This document shows, piece by piece, positions 29,089 through 38,983 of a stretch of DNA of 64,000 bases. The stretch lies in assembly GCA_032128875.1 (NCBI GenBank), contig JAVLKG010000001.1:64001-128000 (forward strand). The letters run 5' to 3'. Position 1 is the stretch's first letter. The number at the start of each line of letters is the position of its first letter. The notes beneath the pieces were generated by a model. That model was not told the origin of the DNA. It saw only the letters and a program-made list of their open reading frames with translations, and ran no database searches. This stretch comes from Candidatus Melainabacteria bacterium 17Bon1m (GTDB lineage: Bacteria; Cyanobacteriota; Vampirovibrionia; Obscuribacterales; Obscuribacteraceae). A program made the translations under genes and the position numbers.

Positions 29089-30567
29089 TTAATGCTGGAC
29101 GCCTTCCGAAGTGAGGCTGGCTTCCCAGTCCTCTGGTTCGTAACGCAATCTTTTCGCCTCGAATCGGTCTGCTTCAGCTTCAACTTTGTTTCCCAAGCGG
29201 TCGTTGACGATGGCTCTATGAAAGTATGCGGCGCTAGGGTCATCAGACATTTGCGCTGCCTTTGTGAGGTCTTCGTACGCTTTTTTGTTGTCTCCCAAGA
29301 GGAAATAGCAGACGCCGCGAGTATCTAAAGCGGGCGATAAACTTGGATTTAGTTTCAAAGCTTTATTGCAATCTTCTATGGTTGTTTCCAACTTTCCAAA
29401 ACTTGCATTTATCCACGCGCGGCTGTTGTATGCAGGCGCAAATTTTTGATCAATTTCTAAAGACTTAGCAAGATCTGCAATTGCTCGTTCTCTGTTTCTT
29501 TGTAAGTGGTAGACGTTTGCGCGCGCCCAGTACACTTCCGGTCGATCTGGAAACAAACTTACTAGGGTGTCGCAATCTTTCAGTGCATCATCGAAGCGTT
29601 TCAATTTGACATAAGTGTCGCAGCGCTTCAACAAAATCGTCACGGTTTTAAATCGGTTTGCCGCTGCGTTCAAATAAGGCAGTGCTTCCTGGTACTTGCG
29701 CTGTTTGAGCAAAGGCAAAGCGTCTTGGTAGTCGAGCATAGCGAGAAACTGCGATTTTGATCGAACATTGAAGTATTCTGCACTGGTGCCAAGGATAAGC
29801 GCAGTCAACGAAAGACCAACGACTGCAGCATCTCTTTTGCCCCATGCCGATTTCAGATCTTGGCGGAAGAAGTGCGAAAGTAGAGTTCCGGCGAGAAATC
29901 CGCCCATGTGCGCTGCATTGTCGACGCCTGGAATAAATGCGCCATAAACGCAGCTAAGAACTACTGCGACCATCAGCATCACACGTGCTGGGCGCATAAT
30001 TTCTTTAACTGTAAATCCGCTTCCTAAAATTGAGTGTTCTACGAAACAGCCAAAGAGACCCATAAGCGCGCCTGATGCACCGGCGCTCACGTTGAACGCG
30101 TCCCAAACCAAGCTCGATAGCGAACCTGTAATCCCGGAGATCATATATAGGGCGAACATTCTTCGGCTGCCCAAGAGGTTTTCGACATAGGGACCGAGGT
30201 TGAACAGAACATAGAGATTTACGGCGAGGTGGAAAACGCTCGCATGTAAGAACGTGTTGCTAATGATTCTCCACGGTTCTCCACCTAAGGTGAGAGGACC
30301 ATAGTTTGCGCTCCAATCAATCAGCGTCTGCATTGAAGGATTGATCATCGAGCGAAAATTGGTCATCGCCACGAGCGTGATGAAAACAATCATGTTCGCC
30401 GCGAAAATTGCACCTGTGACTGGCGCTTGCTGCAAAAGCGTCTTAGCTTTCAACCCGCGTTGTGCAATTTCAGATTCAGAAAAGGGTTTACCTGCCTTTG
30501 GCTTCTCCAAAGATCCAGTAACCTTCTGTTCTTCTGTTTGCGATTGAGCCTGTTGCTCGTCGGACAT
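29089..30567 (-). CDS. Rhomboid intramembrane serine protease fused to TPR repeats
   Basis: WRIIS..FLHASVFHL..N, GASG, AHMGGF, then several TPRs (YWARAN, AYNSRAW, DTRG). Confidence 0.9.
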   Translation of the reverse strand: MSDEQQAQSQTEEQKVTGSLEKPKAGKPFSESEIAQRGLKAKTLLQQAPVTGAIFAANMIVFITLVAMTNFRSMINPSMQTLIDWSANYGPLTLGGEPWRIISNTFLHASVFHLAVNLYVLFNLGPYVENLLGSRRMFALYMISGITGSLSSLVWDAFNVSAGASGALMGLFGCFVEHSILGSGFTVKEIMRPARVMLMVAVVLSCVYGAFIPGVDNAAHMGGFLAGTLLSHFFRQDLKSAWGKRDAAVVGLSLTALILGTSAEYFNVRSKSQFLAMLDYQDALPLLKQRKYQEALPYLNAAANRFKTVTILLKRCDTYVKLKRFDDALKDCDTLVSLFPDRPEVYWARANVYHLQRNRERAIADLAKSLEIDQKFAPAYNSRAWINASFGKLETTIEDCNKALKLNPSLSPALDTRGVCYFLLGDNKKAYEDLTKAAQMSDDPSAAYFHRAIVNDRLGNKVEAEADRFEAKRLRYEPEDWEASLTSEGVQH

Positions 30568-30649
30568 TCGCTGCCTGCCGGGTTCGTGTACAAGGGACGA
30601 TCATATCTGATCGAGGTCAAAGAAAGCGTAAAGATAACACCTCGACGGG

Positions 30650-30677
30650 TTGACAAAAGTGGTAGACGACTGGTCTA
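30650..30677 (+). promoter_or_regulatory. Sigma70 -35 hexamer overlapped by a TetR/NemR-like operator
   Basis: TTGACA at 30650-30655 and palindrome TAGAC-GACTG-GTCTA at 30663-30677. Confidence 0.6.
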
Positions 30678-30697
30678 ATCGAAGGAGCGAATTTGTT

Positions 30698-30754
30698 ATG
30701 GTCTGGCACTGCCCATATTGTCAGTTTCCTATTGGTTTGAAATTTGAGGGATAA
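30698..30754 (+). CDS. Putative 18-aa leader peptide [18 protein letters not shown]
   Basis: AAGGAG at 30682-30687, ATG 30698, TAA 30752-30754. Lies between the operator and the aldo/keto reductase. Confidence 0.4.
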   Translation: MVWHCPYCQFPIGLKFEG

Positions 30755-30818
30755 TCATCCCCTTAAATTGCTGCCGCATTTTCGGCGCCCAATTTGTCAT
30801 TTGTTCGGAGGGAATCGC

Positions 30819-31796
30819 ATGGAATATAGAGACCTAGGTAATTCAGGGCTAAAGGTTTCTGCCGTCGGTTTGGGCTGCATGAGTATGAGCTGGGCGTATG
30901 GAACACCTGATGAGGCTGAAGGAATTCGCACCATCCATCGCGCGCTCGACATTGGAGTTAATTTTCTCGACACGGCTGAAATTTATGGTCCGTACACGAA
31001 TGAAGAACTTGTTGGTAAGGCACTAAAAGGTCGACGCGATAAAGCAATCGTTGCCACCAAATTTGGTTTCAACATTGAAAATGGCGTAGCGAAAGGAGCC
31101 AATAGCCATCCTAAGCACGTTAAGGAAGTTGCGGATGAATCGTTGAGGCGACTTGGTATTGAGCATATCGATCTTTTCTATCAACATCGCGTCGATCCAA
31201 AAATTCCTATTGAAGAAACAGTTGGGGCGATGTCGGAGTTGGTGGAAGCTGGAAAAATCAGATATCTAGGATTGTCTGAAGCTGGGCCCGAGACTCTAAG
31301 ACGCGCGTGCAAAGAACATCAAATATCCGCACTTCAGTCTGAGTATTCGCTGTGGGAAAGAGGATTGGAGGAGCGTATTATTCCTGCGGCTCGTGAGCTT
31401 GGAATTGGTATCGTTGCTTACTCTCCTGTGGGGCGCGGATTTCTCACCGGTGAAATCAAATCGTTCGAAGATATTCCCGAGGACGATTATCGTCGCAGCG
31501 ACCCACGCTACCAGGGCGAAAATTTCAAGAAGAATTTGAAACTAGTCGATCTGGTGAAGAAGGTCGCAAGCAAGCATGGTGCGACAGCAGCTCAAGTCGC
31601 GATTGCTTGGTTGCTGATGGTCGGCAAAGATATCGTTCCGATTCCTGGGACCAAGCGCGTCAAATATCTCGAAGAGAATTCGGCCGCGTTTTCTCTAAAA
31701 CTCGACCAAGAAGATTTAGAAGCTTTAGACACTCTTGCGCAACGTACATCTGGCGAGCGGTATGAACCGCGTCGCATGGCAATGATTGAGAGATAA
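30819..31796 (+). CDS. Aldo/keto reductase
   Basis: [43 protein letters not shown]. Start at ATG 30819 after GGAGG. Confidence 0.95.
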   Translation: MEYRDLGNSGLKVSAVGLGCMSMSWAYGTPDEAEGIRTIHRALDIGVNFLDTAEIYGPYTNEELVGKALKGRRDKAIVATKFGFNIENGVAKGANSHPKHVKEVADESLRRLGIEHIDLFYQHRVDPKIPIEETVGAMSELVEAGKIRYLGLSEAGPETLRRACKEHQISALQSEYSLWERGLEERIIPAARELGIGIVAYSPVGRGFLTGEIKSFEDIPEDDYRRSDPRYQGENFKKNLKLVDLVKKVASKHGATAAQVAIAWLLMVGKDIVPIPGTKRVKYLEENSAAFSLKLDQEDLEALDTLAQRTSGERYEPRRMAMIER

Positions 31797-31846
31797 GAAT
31801 TCGAACCGCGCCGCAAGGCACTTATTTAAAACAACACGAAGAGGTT

Positions 31847-32887
31847 ATGAAAATGGAATTTAGACAACTTGGACGTTCGGGGTTGAAAGTGCCGGTGTTG
31901 AGCTTTGGTGCTGCCACATTCGGTGGCAATACTGAGCTTTTCAATGCTTGGGGACAAACAGATGTGAAAGAAGCGACTCGCATGGTCGACTTCTGTCTCG
32001 ATGCCGGAGTCAATTTCTTCGACACTGCTGACATTTATTCGCGCGGTGCGTCGGAGGAAATTCTCGGTAAGGCGATCCAAGGAAAGCGTGACCGCTTGCT
32101 GATTTCGACCAAAGCAACTTTCAGAATGGCCGATGGTCCAAACGATCTCGGCTCTTCGCGCCACCATTTGATCAAAGCTTGTGATGCGAGTTTGAAACGT
32201 CTCGGAACTGATTACATCGATCTCTATCACATGCATGGATTCGATGCTCTGACGCCAGTCGAAGAGGTTTTATCCACTCTGGAAACACTTGTGCAAAGCG
32301 GAAAAGTTCGATACATCGGATGTTCGAATTTCTCGGGATGGCATCTCATGAAGTCACTTGATGTGTCTGAGAAATATGGCTGGTCCAGATATGTTTCGCA
32401 TCAAGCGTACTATTCGCTGATTGGCAGAGAGTTTGAGTGGGAGTTGATGCCCTTGGCACTTGATCAACAGGTCGGCACGATGGTTTGGAGTCCGCTAGGA
32501 TGGGGGCGACTCACCGGCAAGATTCGCAGAAATGCGCCACTGCCGGAAGTTAGTCGTTTGCACAAAACCGCTGATTTCGGCCCACCCGTCAACAATGAAT
32601 ATCTCTATGATGTGGTCGACGTGCTCGATGAGATTGCAAATGAAACCGGCAAGACAGTGCCGCAGATTGCTCTCAATTGGCTTTTGCAGAGACCGTCGGT
32701 GGCAAACGTTGTAATTGGCGCACGTAACGAAGAACAGTTGAAGCAAAATCTCGGCGCTGTTGGTTGGAAATTGAGCGAGGACCAGATTGCGCGCCTGGAC
32801 GCGGTGAGCGAGCCGACGCCAGCGTACCCATACTGGCACCAACGTCAATTCGTCGAGCGCAATCCGCTTCCGGTAGCAGTTAAATAA
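31847..32887 (+). CDS. Aldo/keto reductase
   Basis: LGRSGLKV, DTADIYS, SLKRLGTDYIDLY, GCSNF, WSPLG. Confidence 0.95.
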   Translation: MKMEFRQLGRSGLKVPVLSFGAATFGGNTELFNAWGQTDVKEATRMVDFCLDAGVNFFDTADIYSRGASEEILGKAIQGKRDRLLISTKATFRMADGPNDLGSSRHHLIKACDASLKRLGTDYIDLYHMHGFDALTPVEEVLSTLETLVQSGKVRYIGCSNFSGWHLMKSLDVSEKYGWSRYVSHQAYYSLIGREFEWELMPLALDQQVGTMVWSPLGWGRLTGKIRRNAPLPEVSRLHKTADFGPPVNNEYLYDVVDVLDEIANETGKTVPQIALNWLLQRPSVANVVIGARNEEQLKQNLGAVGWKLSEDQIARLDAVSEPTPAYPYWHQRQFVERNPLPVAVK

Positions 32888-32921
32888 CCCGACGAAACCA
32901 TACGTTGGTCAAAAGTTACTG

Positions 32922-32945
32922 GCTGCCACCAAATATGGTGGCAGC
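32922..32945 (+). terminator. Hairpin after the aldo/keto reductase pair
   Basis: GCTGCCACCA-AATA-TGGTGGCAGC perfect 10-bp stem with a weak T-tract. Confidence 0.55.
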
Positions 32946-33190
32946 TTGTGTCAAGCGCTGGAAAGCGCCAGCCCGTGGGCTTCTGTTCGGAAACCCGCAG
33001 TAGTTGGCGCTTTTGAAATGCTTGACAAGGGTTTGGCGCCGTGGTTTAGTTGAAGAATGCAAGTGAGACCTGCGTGGGTCGCTTAACCCTATATGCCGCC
33101 GCTATATCTGTTGCGGTGGGTCATTTTTGGTTCTCATTTGTACAGTAAAACTCAGCAGACAAAATCACGTATCACTCTCGGAGCTACTTG

Positions 33191-33253
33191 ATGATCAAGA
33201 GTTTTTCAACCTTAAAACTTCGACTGGCCGAGGAAAGAGGGCCGCCTGTCTAG
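33191..33253 (+). CDS. Putative 20-aa peptide MIKSFSTLKLRLAEERGPPV with an RGPP arrest-like motif
   Basis: GGAG 7 nt upstream of the ATG, TTGACA at 33022-33027, downstream hairpin 33285-33316. Confidence 0.5.
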   Translation: MIKSFSTLKLRLAEERGPPV

Positions 33254-33284
33254 GTTTTAACCACCATCAAATAATTACATCGTA

Positions 33285-33316
33285 AGAGAGAGCAGCCGGA
33301 TCCAACTGCTCTCTCT
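33285..33316. terminator. Strong hairpin, possibly a bidirectional terminator or attenuator
   Basis: AGAGAGAGCAG-N10-CTGCTCTCTCT. Confidence 0.6.
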
Positions 33317-33417
33317 GCGTACTTTAAGGGCTTTTCTGCGATCCCTGGATTCATGCCGAGCTGTCATTGTGGAATCCCTTCTGGACTCCCTTGCAGACTC
33401 CTGACTCTTCGCTCAAC

Positions 33418-34440
33418 TTACTTACTAATCGGTTGCTCAATCTTGTGTTTGAAGACTTTTAGCAGAAAATAGAAAGACGGAAACAACAGCACCGCCCCGG
33501 ATGCGATCGCGCCGAGTAGAAGTGTTTGCGTCGAAGCGGCACCCTGTGCGTTGTTGATGGTCATTTCAGGGCGGATCATATAGGGGTACTGTGCAAGACC
33601 CCAGCCCCAGAGGATGAGCGTTACTTGCCCTGCAGCAAAAAATCTAGCAGGGTGAAACTTGCGTTGGAATAAAGCTATTAATGAGGAGATTGCGCAAACA
33701 GCGGTTGCGGCTTGCAGCAAAATGCTCCACGAACTGTTCGCTAGAGATTCTCTGAGTCCTGGCGCAGAACCTTCTGCAAGGACAAACACCAAGAGTGCAA
33801 GCATCGCGCAAGCCAACTGCGCTCCGACAGCACGCTTTTGAAAGTCAGTTCGCAATTCATCGGTGGGCGCATATACAGTCGAATAGACAGCCGCAAGAAA
33901 CGAGAATAAGGCGAGCGCGAATCCACCTACGGCAAAACAAAACGGAGTGCACCACGGGGCGATATATACCTCTGCGAATGTCTTACCTGTAATGTCAGCG
34001 GAGATTTTTCCTTGAGAAATTGCACCCACCGATATTCCAAGCAGAACCGGCGTAATCAGGCTTGCAACTGCGAATATGCGTCCCCAGCGCCTTTGTACGT
34101 GGTCTTTGTGGCTGTCGTATTTGCGGAAAGTGAAAGCGGTACCTCTGGCGATAATGCCCAAGAGCAGCAGCGTCAGTGGTACGTGCAAAGATATTGAAAG
34201 CAAAGAGAAGGCTGCAGGAAACGCAGAGAAAAGTATCACAACCACAAGTATGAGCCAGACGTGATTGGCTTCCCAAATCGGACCAATTGCACCTGCAATC
34301 AAGTCACGCTGCTCTTGAGCGCGTTTCCCAACCGCAAAAAGATCCCAGACGCCACCGCCATAATCGGCACCACCCATGAGGGCATAGAGATTGAGGGCGA
34401 TCATCATAACTATCGCCAAATAGAGAGCAGCATCAGGCAT
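33418..34440 (-). CDS. cydB: Cytochrome bd oxidase subunit II
   Basis: GGADYGGG, IGPIWEANHVWL, multiple TMs. Overlaps the cydA stop. Confidence 0.93.
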   Translation of the reverse strand: MPDAALYLAIVMMIALNLYALMGGADYGGGVWDLFAVGKRAQEQRDLIAGAIGPIWEANHVWLILVVVILFSAFPAAFSLLSISLHVPLTLLLLGIIARGTAFTFRKYDSHKDHVQRRWGRIFAVASLITPVLLGISVGAISQGKISADITGKTFAEVYIAPWCTPFCFAVGGFALALFSFLAAVYSTVYAPTDELRTDFQKRAVGAQLACAMLALLVFVLAEGSAPGLRESLANSSWSILLQAATAVCAISSLIALFQRKFHPARFFAAGQVTLILWGWGLAQYPYMIRPEMTINNAQGAASTQTLLLGAIASGAVLLFPSFYFLLKVFKHKIEQPISK

Positions 34441-35752
34441 GATCGCTCTCCTTCACCGGATCTAGACTGTGAGAAAACTCTCTGAAGAGTAATGCAACGA
34501 CAATCACTGCCAGCGCTATATATACGAACAAGAATGTTGTGAAAGGCAGCCATAGCCCAGGCATAGGCGTGACAGCGTGGCTGGTCCTCAGCACCCCGTG
34601 TATTACCCAGGGCTGTCGACCAAGCTCAGTAACCATCCAGCCTGATTCAATTGCTAAAAGTCCCAGCGGACTGATGCAAACTAGCGTTTTGAGAAAAACA
34701 GTTGAATCCGGTAGTTTCTTTGTCTTCGCATACAACGCGCCTGCCCAGAGTGACACCAAGCCCATAATGACACCGCATGCAACCATGATCTGGAAGTTCA
34801 GATGAACAAGCAGCACCGGCGGCCAAACATCTCTCGGGAAATCGTTGAGACCTTTCACTTCTGCGTCCAATTCGTGAAACGCGAGTACGCTGAGCATCTT
34901 CGGTAATTCTATTGAAAAAGGCGTTTCCCTTTTGTCAACATCAGGTAGACCTCCGATACGAAGCGGTGCACCGCGCATGGTGTCGAATTGTCCTTCGAGC
35001 GCAGCCAACTTGATTGGTTGAGTATGCGCTACCATCTGCGCCAAGATGTCGCCGCTCAACGGCTCAGCGAGCGCCATTGTGCATCCCAAAGCCAGGCAAA
35101 TGCCCAGGGCGCGCCGGTGAAAAACATTCTGCTTATCGCGCAACAATAGAAATGCATGCACGCCTGCCGCCAACAATCCGATCGCTGCATATGCAGCAAT
35201 CAGCATGTGTAAAACCTGTGGGAATGCTGCTGGACTGGTCATCGCCATAATCGGATCAATCTCTGTCGCGACATTGCCGACAAGCTTGAATCCTACCGGC
35301 GCATTCATCCATGCATTAGCGATGACAACAAAAACCGCCGACAATGCACCGCTCAATGCGACTATGCATCCGGAAAGCAAGTGCATCGACTTGCTTACTT
35401 TATCCCAGCCGTACAGGTAAATCCCGAGAAAGATAGCTTCTGTGAAAAACGCATATCCTTCTAACGCAAAAGGCAGACCGATGATTGAGCCTGCCCATTT
35501 CATAAACTCCGGCCATAACAGCCCTAGTTCGAAAGAAAGTACCGTGCCTGATACCGCTCCCACGGCAAACAAAACAGCCGTGCCACGCGCCCAGCGTTTG
35601 GTAATCGATTTATAAATCTCGTCGCCGGTCTTCAGCCATAAAGCTTCGGCTATAACCATCATTAAGGGCAAGGCAATGCCTGCCACGGCAAAAATGATGT
35701 GGAATGCCAAAGAGAAGCCCATCTGGGCTCGCGCAAAAATCAGGTCACTCAC
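34433..35752 (-). CDS. cydA: Cytochrome bd oxidase subunit I (short Q-loop)
   Basis: AFHIIF (heme b595 His), GAVSGTVLSFE, ANAWMN, QPIKLAALEG, TELGRQPW. Confidence 0.95.
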   Translation of the reverse strand: MSDLIFARAQMGFSLAFHIIFAVAGIALPLMMVIAEALWLKTGDEIYKSITKRWARGTAVLFAVGAVSGTVLSFELGLLWPEFMKWAGSIIGLPFALEGYAFFTEAIFLGIYLYGWDKVSKSMHLLSGCIVALSGALSAVFVVIANAWMNAPVGFKLVGNVATEIDPIMAMTSPAAFPQVLHMLIAAYAAIGLLAAGVHAFLLLRDKQNVFHRRALGICLALGCTMALAEPLSGDILAQMVAHTQPIKLAALEGQFDTMRGAPLRIGGLPDVDKRETPFSIELPKMLSVLAFHELDAEVKGLNDFPRDVWPPVLLVHLNFQIMVACGVIMGLVSLWAGALYAKTKKLPDSTVFLKTLVCISPLGLLAIESGWMVTELGRQPWVIHGVLRTSHAVTPMPGLWLPFTTFLFVYIALAVIVVALLFREFSHSLDPVKESDHA

Positions 35753-35925
35753 CCTTCGTCACCTCCTTTTTTTCAAGGAGACCTCATTGCGGGTTTGATC
35801 GTGTCAATAGTAGACCTAATTCAATCAGCAATGTTAAAAGGTTGCGAATGATGAATTGCAAAGCGAGCGCCGGAAGAGAAAAACTGAGAAGGACACACAG
35901 CGAAGGAAACTGGCGAATAATTGAA

Positions 35926-36882
35926 TCACTCTGAGCCGTCTATAGCGTGGCGAATTTCAGCAAGTGGTGCTCGGTCGTCGAATGCTACTGTTTCGCCTGA
36001 TTTGACGACTCCAAGTTTGCGCAAATAAGCCGGCACATCGATACTGACGGGCTGCTCACCCATTTTTGTATACAGCGGCTGTAAAACACTGATTCCAAGT
36101 CCTTTATCGCCCGCTTGCACTGCCTCTTCAGCGTCCCAATTCGAGGCTGCAGTTCCGCCCTGTTTTGCGATAGACCGTAAGGCGTCTTCCAGTCCGACGC
36201 GATTGTTGGTTCGTTGCCTGATCTCAACATCAGCAAGAAGGCAATAGAGCGCACCACCCCAATAAATGCGGTCGAAGTTGCGTGCTGAGCGCAAACCACC
36301 CTCTCCTTGGCGCGGCAAGCCTTTGGGAAGATTGGTCAGCAGGTCGCCCCAGACTTCTTCGGGGGAAAGATTGCCGATGCGCATTCTTCCAATTGGCTCT
36401 ACATAAGTTGCAATTCCTTCTGAGAGCCATCGTTTGTGGTGGCTCACAACGGGAAAGGCTAGATGCATCAGCTCATGTGTGAGAGTCCAGCTGCTTCTCA
36501 AATTGCGCCTGGTCGTGTTTTCTCCGATGTTGATCGTGACGACGCCGTAGTCCTCATCGTCATCATAGGTAGATGTGCCAAAGCCTATACCGTCATCGTC
36601 ACTCGGGACGAAATTTATCACGGTCTTGTGTATAGGAAAAGTACCGTAGTATGCCGTAACTGCTTTAGCTGCGTCGCGGACGTAAACGGCCAGATCGGCT
36701 TTACTGACTGAAAGTGGACCGTCTTCCACGTTAAAGAAGATTTGCGAGTTGCCCACGGTGATCATTTGCTGGGATTCTTTGCCGCTGCTTGATTCTGTTG
36801 GTTGCCCAGCAAACTGCGAAACAACCAACGCCAAGAAGAGCATCCCCGTCTGCAGATTTTGCGCCAATCTGGATGTTTTCAT
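35926..36882 (-). CDS. Exported gluzincin-type metallopeptidase-like protein
   Basis: Signal-like N-terminus from ATG 36882, THELMH, WLSEGIATY, IYWGGAL. Confidence 0.75.
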   Translation of the reverse strand: MKTSRLAQNLQTGMLFLALVVSQFAGQPTESSSGKESQQMITVGNSQIFFNVEDGPLSVSKADLAVYVRDAAKAVTAYYGTFPIHKTVINFVPSDDDGIGFGTSTYDDDEDYGVVTINIGENTTRRNLRSSWTLTHELMHLAFPVVSHHKRWLSEGIATYVEPIGRMRIGNLSPEEVWGDLLTNLPKGLPRQGEGGLRSARNFDRIYWGGALYCLLADVEIRQRTNNRVGLEDALRSIAKQGGTAASNWDAEEAVQAGDKGLGISVLQPLYTKMGEQPVSIDVPAYLRKLGVVKSGETVAFDDRAPLAEIRHAIDGSE

Positions 36883-37037
36883 GCCAGCACTCGAGTGTTT
36901 TATGCAAGGAAAAATGACGGTCTGTTTGTCGCCAGGGTTCCTGTTGTTTTTACTATTGCATGAAAATAGCTTTCGCATGAAATTGCTGCCTCTGAATGAT
37001 TGGATTCGACTCAAGGGGTGCAATTGCTTGGGCTGTT

Positions 37038-38138
37038 TTAGCCTTGACGTTTTTCTAGCATGCGATAACGCGAGGTGTCACCTTCCGCTGATAGTTCTTT
37101 TCTTTGTCTCTCAAACAGATAGTGAGATACGGTCCACTCTGTGCCGTTTTTGTAGCCCCAGAGTTCTGCACATGCAAGAAAGAAAAGTTTCCAAAACGCC
37201 CACCACTGTTGAGCATTATCCGCTCCATAGGTTTGCGACATAATTTCCATCACTTCTTTGCGCTTGCCTTTCATCGTTTTCAACCAGGCTTCTGCCGTCT
37301 TCTGGTAATGGGTGCCGGGCACAGACCACTGTTCAACGATGCGAACGTCATCTTGGAAGTAGAGAAGCAAATCCTCAGAAGGCATTGTGCCTCCCTCGAA
37401 AAAATTACGTGTCAGCCAATCTGTCCCGTCGTTGTCTTCGTAGTGGTATGCGAAGTGTTTGTGAGTGAAGATATGAATAAACAATTTGCCGTCAGGTCGA
37501 AGCCAACGGCTGACTTTAGCTAGCATCGCTTGGTAGTTTTTCAAATGTTCGAACATTTCCACTGACACGATTCTGTCGAATTCGAGCTCGGTATCAAAAT
37601 TGGCAATATTCGCTGTGACTACGGTCACATTGCGTAGCCCACGTCTTTTCACTTCTGAGTCGATAAACTCTTTCTGAGTCGCTGAATTGGAAAGCGCGAC
37701 AATATTCGAATTTTTGAACTTCTCTGCCAAAAAAATTGATAACGAGCCCCAACCACAACCGAGATCCATCACTGTTTGTCCATCTCTCAAGTCGGCTCGT
37801 TGGCAATACTTTTCGAGCATGTTTATCTCAGCCTGCGCAAGGCTTTTTGTATCCTCCAGCCAAAGCGCAGAACTGTATTTCAGGCGTGGTCCTAAAACCA
37901 ACTGGAAAAAACTAGCCGGTACTTCGTAATGCTGTCGGTTGGCTGAATCCGTATGAATGGCGATGGGGCTGCGCTTCAATTCTTTGACGAAATCCATAAC
38001 AGCTTTCTTCTGCAACTCGGTAGTTGGCCTGGATTCAGTGCGCAGTTTTTGAGCCAGCATCTTTCGTATTCCAGCTCTGATAATCCACTCAGGTACTCTG
38101 TCTGTGGCTATTACCTTATACATCCAATCAGTCGACAT
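37038..38138 (-). CDS. SAM-dependent methyltransferase, CFA synthase/CNMT-like
   Basis: ANRQHYEVP, LGPRLKYSS, DLGCGWGSL, VSVEMFEH, FFEGGTMPS. Confidence 0.9.
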   Translation of the reverse strand: MSTDWMYKVIATDRVPEWIIRAGIRKMLAQKLRTESRPTTELQKKAVMDFVKELKRSPIAIHTDSANRQHYEVPASFFQLVLGPRLKYSSALWLEDTKSLAQAEINMLEKYCQRADLRDGQTVMDLGCGWGSLSIFLAEKFKNSNIVALSNSATQKEFIDSEVKRRGLRNVTVVTANIANFDTELEFDRIVSVEMFEHLKNYQAMLAKVSRWLRPDGKLFIHIFTHKHFAYHYEDNDGTDWLTRNFFEGGTMPSEDLLLYFQDDVRIVEQWSVPGTHYQKTAEAWLKTMKGKRKEVMEIMSQTYGADNAQQWWAFWKLFFLACAELWGYKNGTEWTVSHYLFERQRKELSAEGDTSRYRMLEKRQG

Positions 38139-38156
38139 TGACCTTATCTCCTGTCA

Positions 38157-38960
38157 TTAACGGCTAGGCGATTTTTTAAACCAAGGAAAAAATGCACTCG
38201 TAGTTTGTTGATATTGGCGATATTCTTCGCCGCGAGATTTCAGCGATTGCTCTTCTGTGATTTTGATACCCGTCATCTTTGTCAGGAAAAACAGCATCAG
38301 CAGTGGACAGTAGACAGTGTAAGGACCGAGCGGAGCGGGTGATGCCAATACGAATATCCCAACCCAGACGACAAATTCGAAAAAATAATTGGGATGTCGG
38401 CTGTAATTCCAAAACCCCTGCGAGCAAACTTTGCCTTTATTTTCCGGTCGTAACTTAAATCTGCGTAGCTGCTCATCGGCTATAGATTCTCCGATTGTTC
38501 CTACCAGGCAAATCGCTGCACCAACAACTTCGACGATGCGAAGGTTCGAGTATCCATCTGAAGCTGCGACGAGGAATGGCGGTGACAAAATTGTGATTAA
38601 GGCACCCTGAAAGAGAAAGACCAAGTACATCATTATGTCCGCTCGTTCACCCCACTCGGTGCGCAACGCCGCGTAACGAGAGTCTTCATGGGGATGTTCT
38701 TTAGCAACGCGGCGAAAAAGGTGGTACGTGAGTCGAAAGCTCCAGGGTATGACGGCAGTCAGCAACAAAATTTTTCTTTCGGAAAAACCTTGAGAGGTCA
38801 TCGCGAAAGCAATTGAGATCAGACCAAAACTCGCAGCCCAGAATACATCAATGATGCCTGCGTTTTTGATTGCTTTGCTGAAGAAAAACAGCCCAGTCAG
38901 CGCCGTTGACACGACACCCAGCAGTATCAATTCCTTCATTGCTAGTTCTGCAAACGTCAT
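38157..38960 (-). CDS. DUF1295 / steroid 5-alpha-reductase-like membrane protein
   Basis: IIDVFWA, EDSRY, ESIADEQL, GFWNYSRHPNYFFE, YRQYQQTTSAFFPW. Confidence 0.9.
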   Translation of the reverse strand: MTFAELAMKELILLGVVSTALTGLFFFSKAIKNAGIIDVFWAASFGLISIAFAMTSQGFSERKILLLTAVIPWSFRLTYHLFRRVAKEHPHEDSRYAALRTEWGERADIMMYLVFLFQGALITILSPPFLVAASDGYSNLRIVEVVGAAICLVGTIGESIADEQLRRFKLRPENKGKVCSQGFWNYSRHPNYFFEFVVWVGIFVLASPAPLGPYTVYCPLLMLFFLTKMTGIKITEEQSLKSRGEEYRQYQQTTSAFFPWFKKSPSR

Positions 38961-38983
38961 TTCACACCAAGTGTAGGAAAACT

